Positions 35,025-36,131 of a DNA stretch of 36,131 nt are shown piece by piece. The translations under genes and the position numbers were made by a program. The DNA lies in the NCBI GenBank assembly GCA_048938895.1, contig JBHLLU010000040.1, forward strand, positions 1 through 36,131, given 5' to 3'. The notes beneath the pieces are model-generated. The model was not told the origin of the DNA. It did not search any database and saw only the letters and a program-made list of their open reading frames with translations. This DNA is from Promethearchaeota archaeon (GTDB taxonomy: Archaea; Asgardarchaeota; Lokiarchaeia; Sigyniarchaeales; SOKP01). Each line of letters begins with the position of its first letter. Position 1 is the first letter of the stretch.

Positions 35025-36131
35025 CTAATCAGTTAATTTTATAACCGCCAAGGATAAAAGGTTTGTATAAAACTTAGCTAAATTACGTCTTTTCATTTCA
35101 TTTAATAGATCTTCATGATCGAAAGCGAGATCATCAAGTTTTTTTTCCAAAACTTTTATATCTTTTTGGATAAACCCAATTTCTTCTTCTAAATTCTTTA
35201 TATCTTGGAGTTTTTGTTCCTTTCTTTCCTTATCTTTTAAGTTATGAATATTCTGCAATTGCCGTTCTGTTGGTTTATTTTTTTCTTTCCTTTCTAATTG
35301 TAATTTTAAGGATTCTGTTCTGATTCTAAATGTATTTTTGTTATGTTCATAAATTTTTTTCTTTTTATTTCGTTCGAGAGTAAAAATTTTTTCGTTTAAT
35401 TTTTTAACTTCTTCTTTCCAAATGGAAGTTTTAGATTTTACAATTCTTTTAGCATTTTCTTGAAGATTCATAATGAGAGAAGGTTCTATATTAGAATTCT
35501 CAGGTATACTTTTAAAGTGAAATATCTTTTCATAATTTTCTATATCTAAAACATAACTATCAATATGTTCTATTTCTTTTCCCTCCCTATCTACCACCAC
35601 ACTCAAAATTTGACTCTCTATAATATATCCTTGAAATTTAACAATAAAAATAAAGAGATAAAGTTCATGATCAACAAATTGGTCAAGAACAAAATATTTT
35701 TGTACATCTTGTCTTTTTAATTCCAATACTGTATAATTCCCTTTAAAGGAATCACTTCTACAAAAGTCTATGACTGCATTTATTAATGGATGGCCTAAAG
35801 CAAAAAAATCAATCTCTTCTCTTTCTTTCGCAATTTCCAAATCAAATGTACCTGTATACTCTTCTGAAAGGTTATATCGAGAGTTTTTTAAAAAATCTTC
35901 TTTAAGCTTAATCTTAGAAAGGAATTTTTCATTTTCTTTAAGAAGTGGTAATTCTGATTTAATTTTCTCCATAAATCCATATTTGTTATTAGATAGATGT
36001 AGAAAAGAATTCAAGAGAAGTGCTAGTTCATTATGAGTTAACTTTACATCTACGCAGGAAGCTAAAGAACTTATAAGACCCTCCATTTGGAATGATTTTT
36101 TATCAATCATTAAATCATCCAGTTGCATTTC
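35025..36131 (-). CDS. C-terminal part of a probable SNF2/RapA(HepA)-like helicase (5' end beyond the window)
   Basis: The frame is open to the window edge (GAA precedes the ATG at 36128). GTFDLEIAKEREEIDFFALGHPLINAV resembles the GTFDR..A...E..F...HPLV segment of RapA-like helicases, and is followed by a long C-terminal coiled coil. Confidence 0.6.
   Translation of the reverse strand, partial: EMQLDDLMIDKKSFQMEGLISSLASCVDVKLTHNELALLLNSFLHLSNNKYGFMEKIKSELPLLKENEKFLSKIKLKEDFLKNSRYNLSEEYTGTFDLEIAKEREEIDFFALGHPLINAVIDFCRSDSFKGNYTVLELKRQDVQKYFVLDQFVDHELYLFIFIVKFQGYIIESQILSVVVDREGKEIEHIDSYVLDIENYEKIFHFKSIPENSNIEPSLIMNLQENAKRIVKSKTSIWKEEVKKLNEKIFTLERNKKKKIYEHNKNTFRIRTESLKLQLERKEKNKPTERQLQNIHNLKDKERKEQKLQDIKNLEEEIGFIQKDIKVLEKKLDDLAFDHEDLLNEMKRRNLAKFYTNLLSLAVIKLTD

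Noticed and set aside
5836-36036. Short (60-124 aa) ORF-track entries overlapping longer genes, e.g. 5836-6039, 7030-7224, 8755-8943, 18145-18483, 30338-30712, 33221-33403, 34415-34675, 35770-36036
   Set aside because: They are antisense or out-of-frame shadows of well-supported genes and carry no recognisable motifs.

Overview
AT-rich, gene-dense archaeal DNA, most likely from an Asgard archaeon (Lokiarchaeia). This is inferred from two tandem Rab-like small GTPases, a TPR protein with a C-terminal RING-like finger, and a large secreted protein ending in an IPGY-TM-basic (Loki-CTERM-type) tail. The first ~15 kb holds a co-oriented lysine fermentation gene set (kat, family III CoA-transferase, kce, kdd, kamA, kamB, kamD truncated at the edge). 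It uses the rare 3-aminobutyryl-CoA transaminase (Kat) variant; kal and kamC are absent from their usual positions. Lineage-typical genes interrupt it: TPR-RING, a 7x92-aa-repeat surface protein, a TylM1-like methyltransferase and an acyltransferase. The ORF track missed two genes: the 5' part of kamD (1-872) and a 58-aa, 10-Cys tandem desulforedoxin-like protein (15227-15403). The rest is mostly acyl-CoA/amino-acid metabolism: SDRs (one KDSR-like), an ATP-NAD kinase family protein, a QueG-like protein, two 3-hydroxyacyl-CoA dehydrogenases, an ADP-forming acyl-CoA ligase alpha subunit with a FadR-like palindrome upstream, GNAT, M20 deacylase, GabT and an LLM oxidoreductase. There is also an atypical HypB and the C-terminus of a probable SNF2/RapA-like helicase. 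No rRNA, tRNA, CRISPR array or mobile element was recognised. All family calls come from motif recognition, not database searches.
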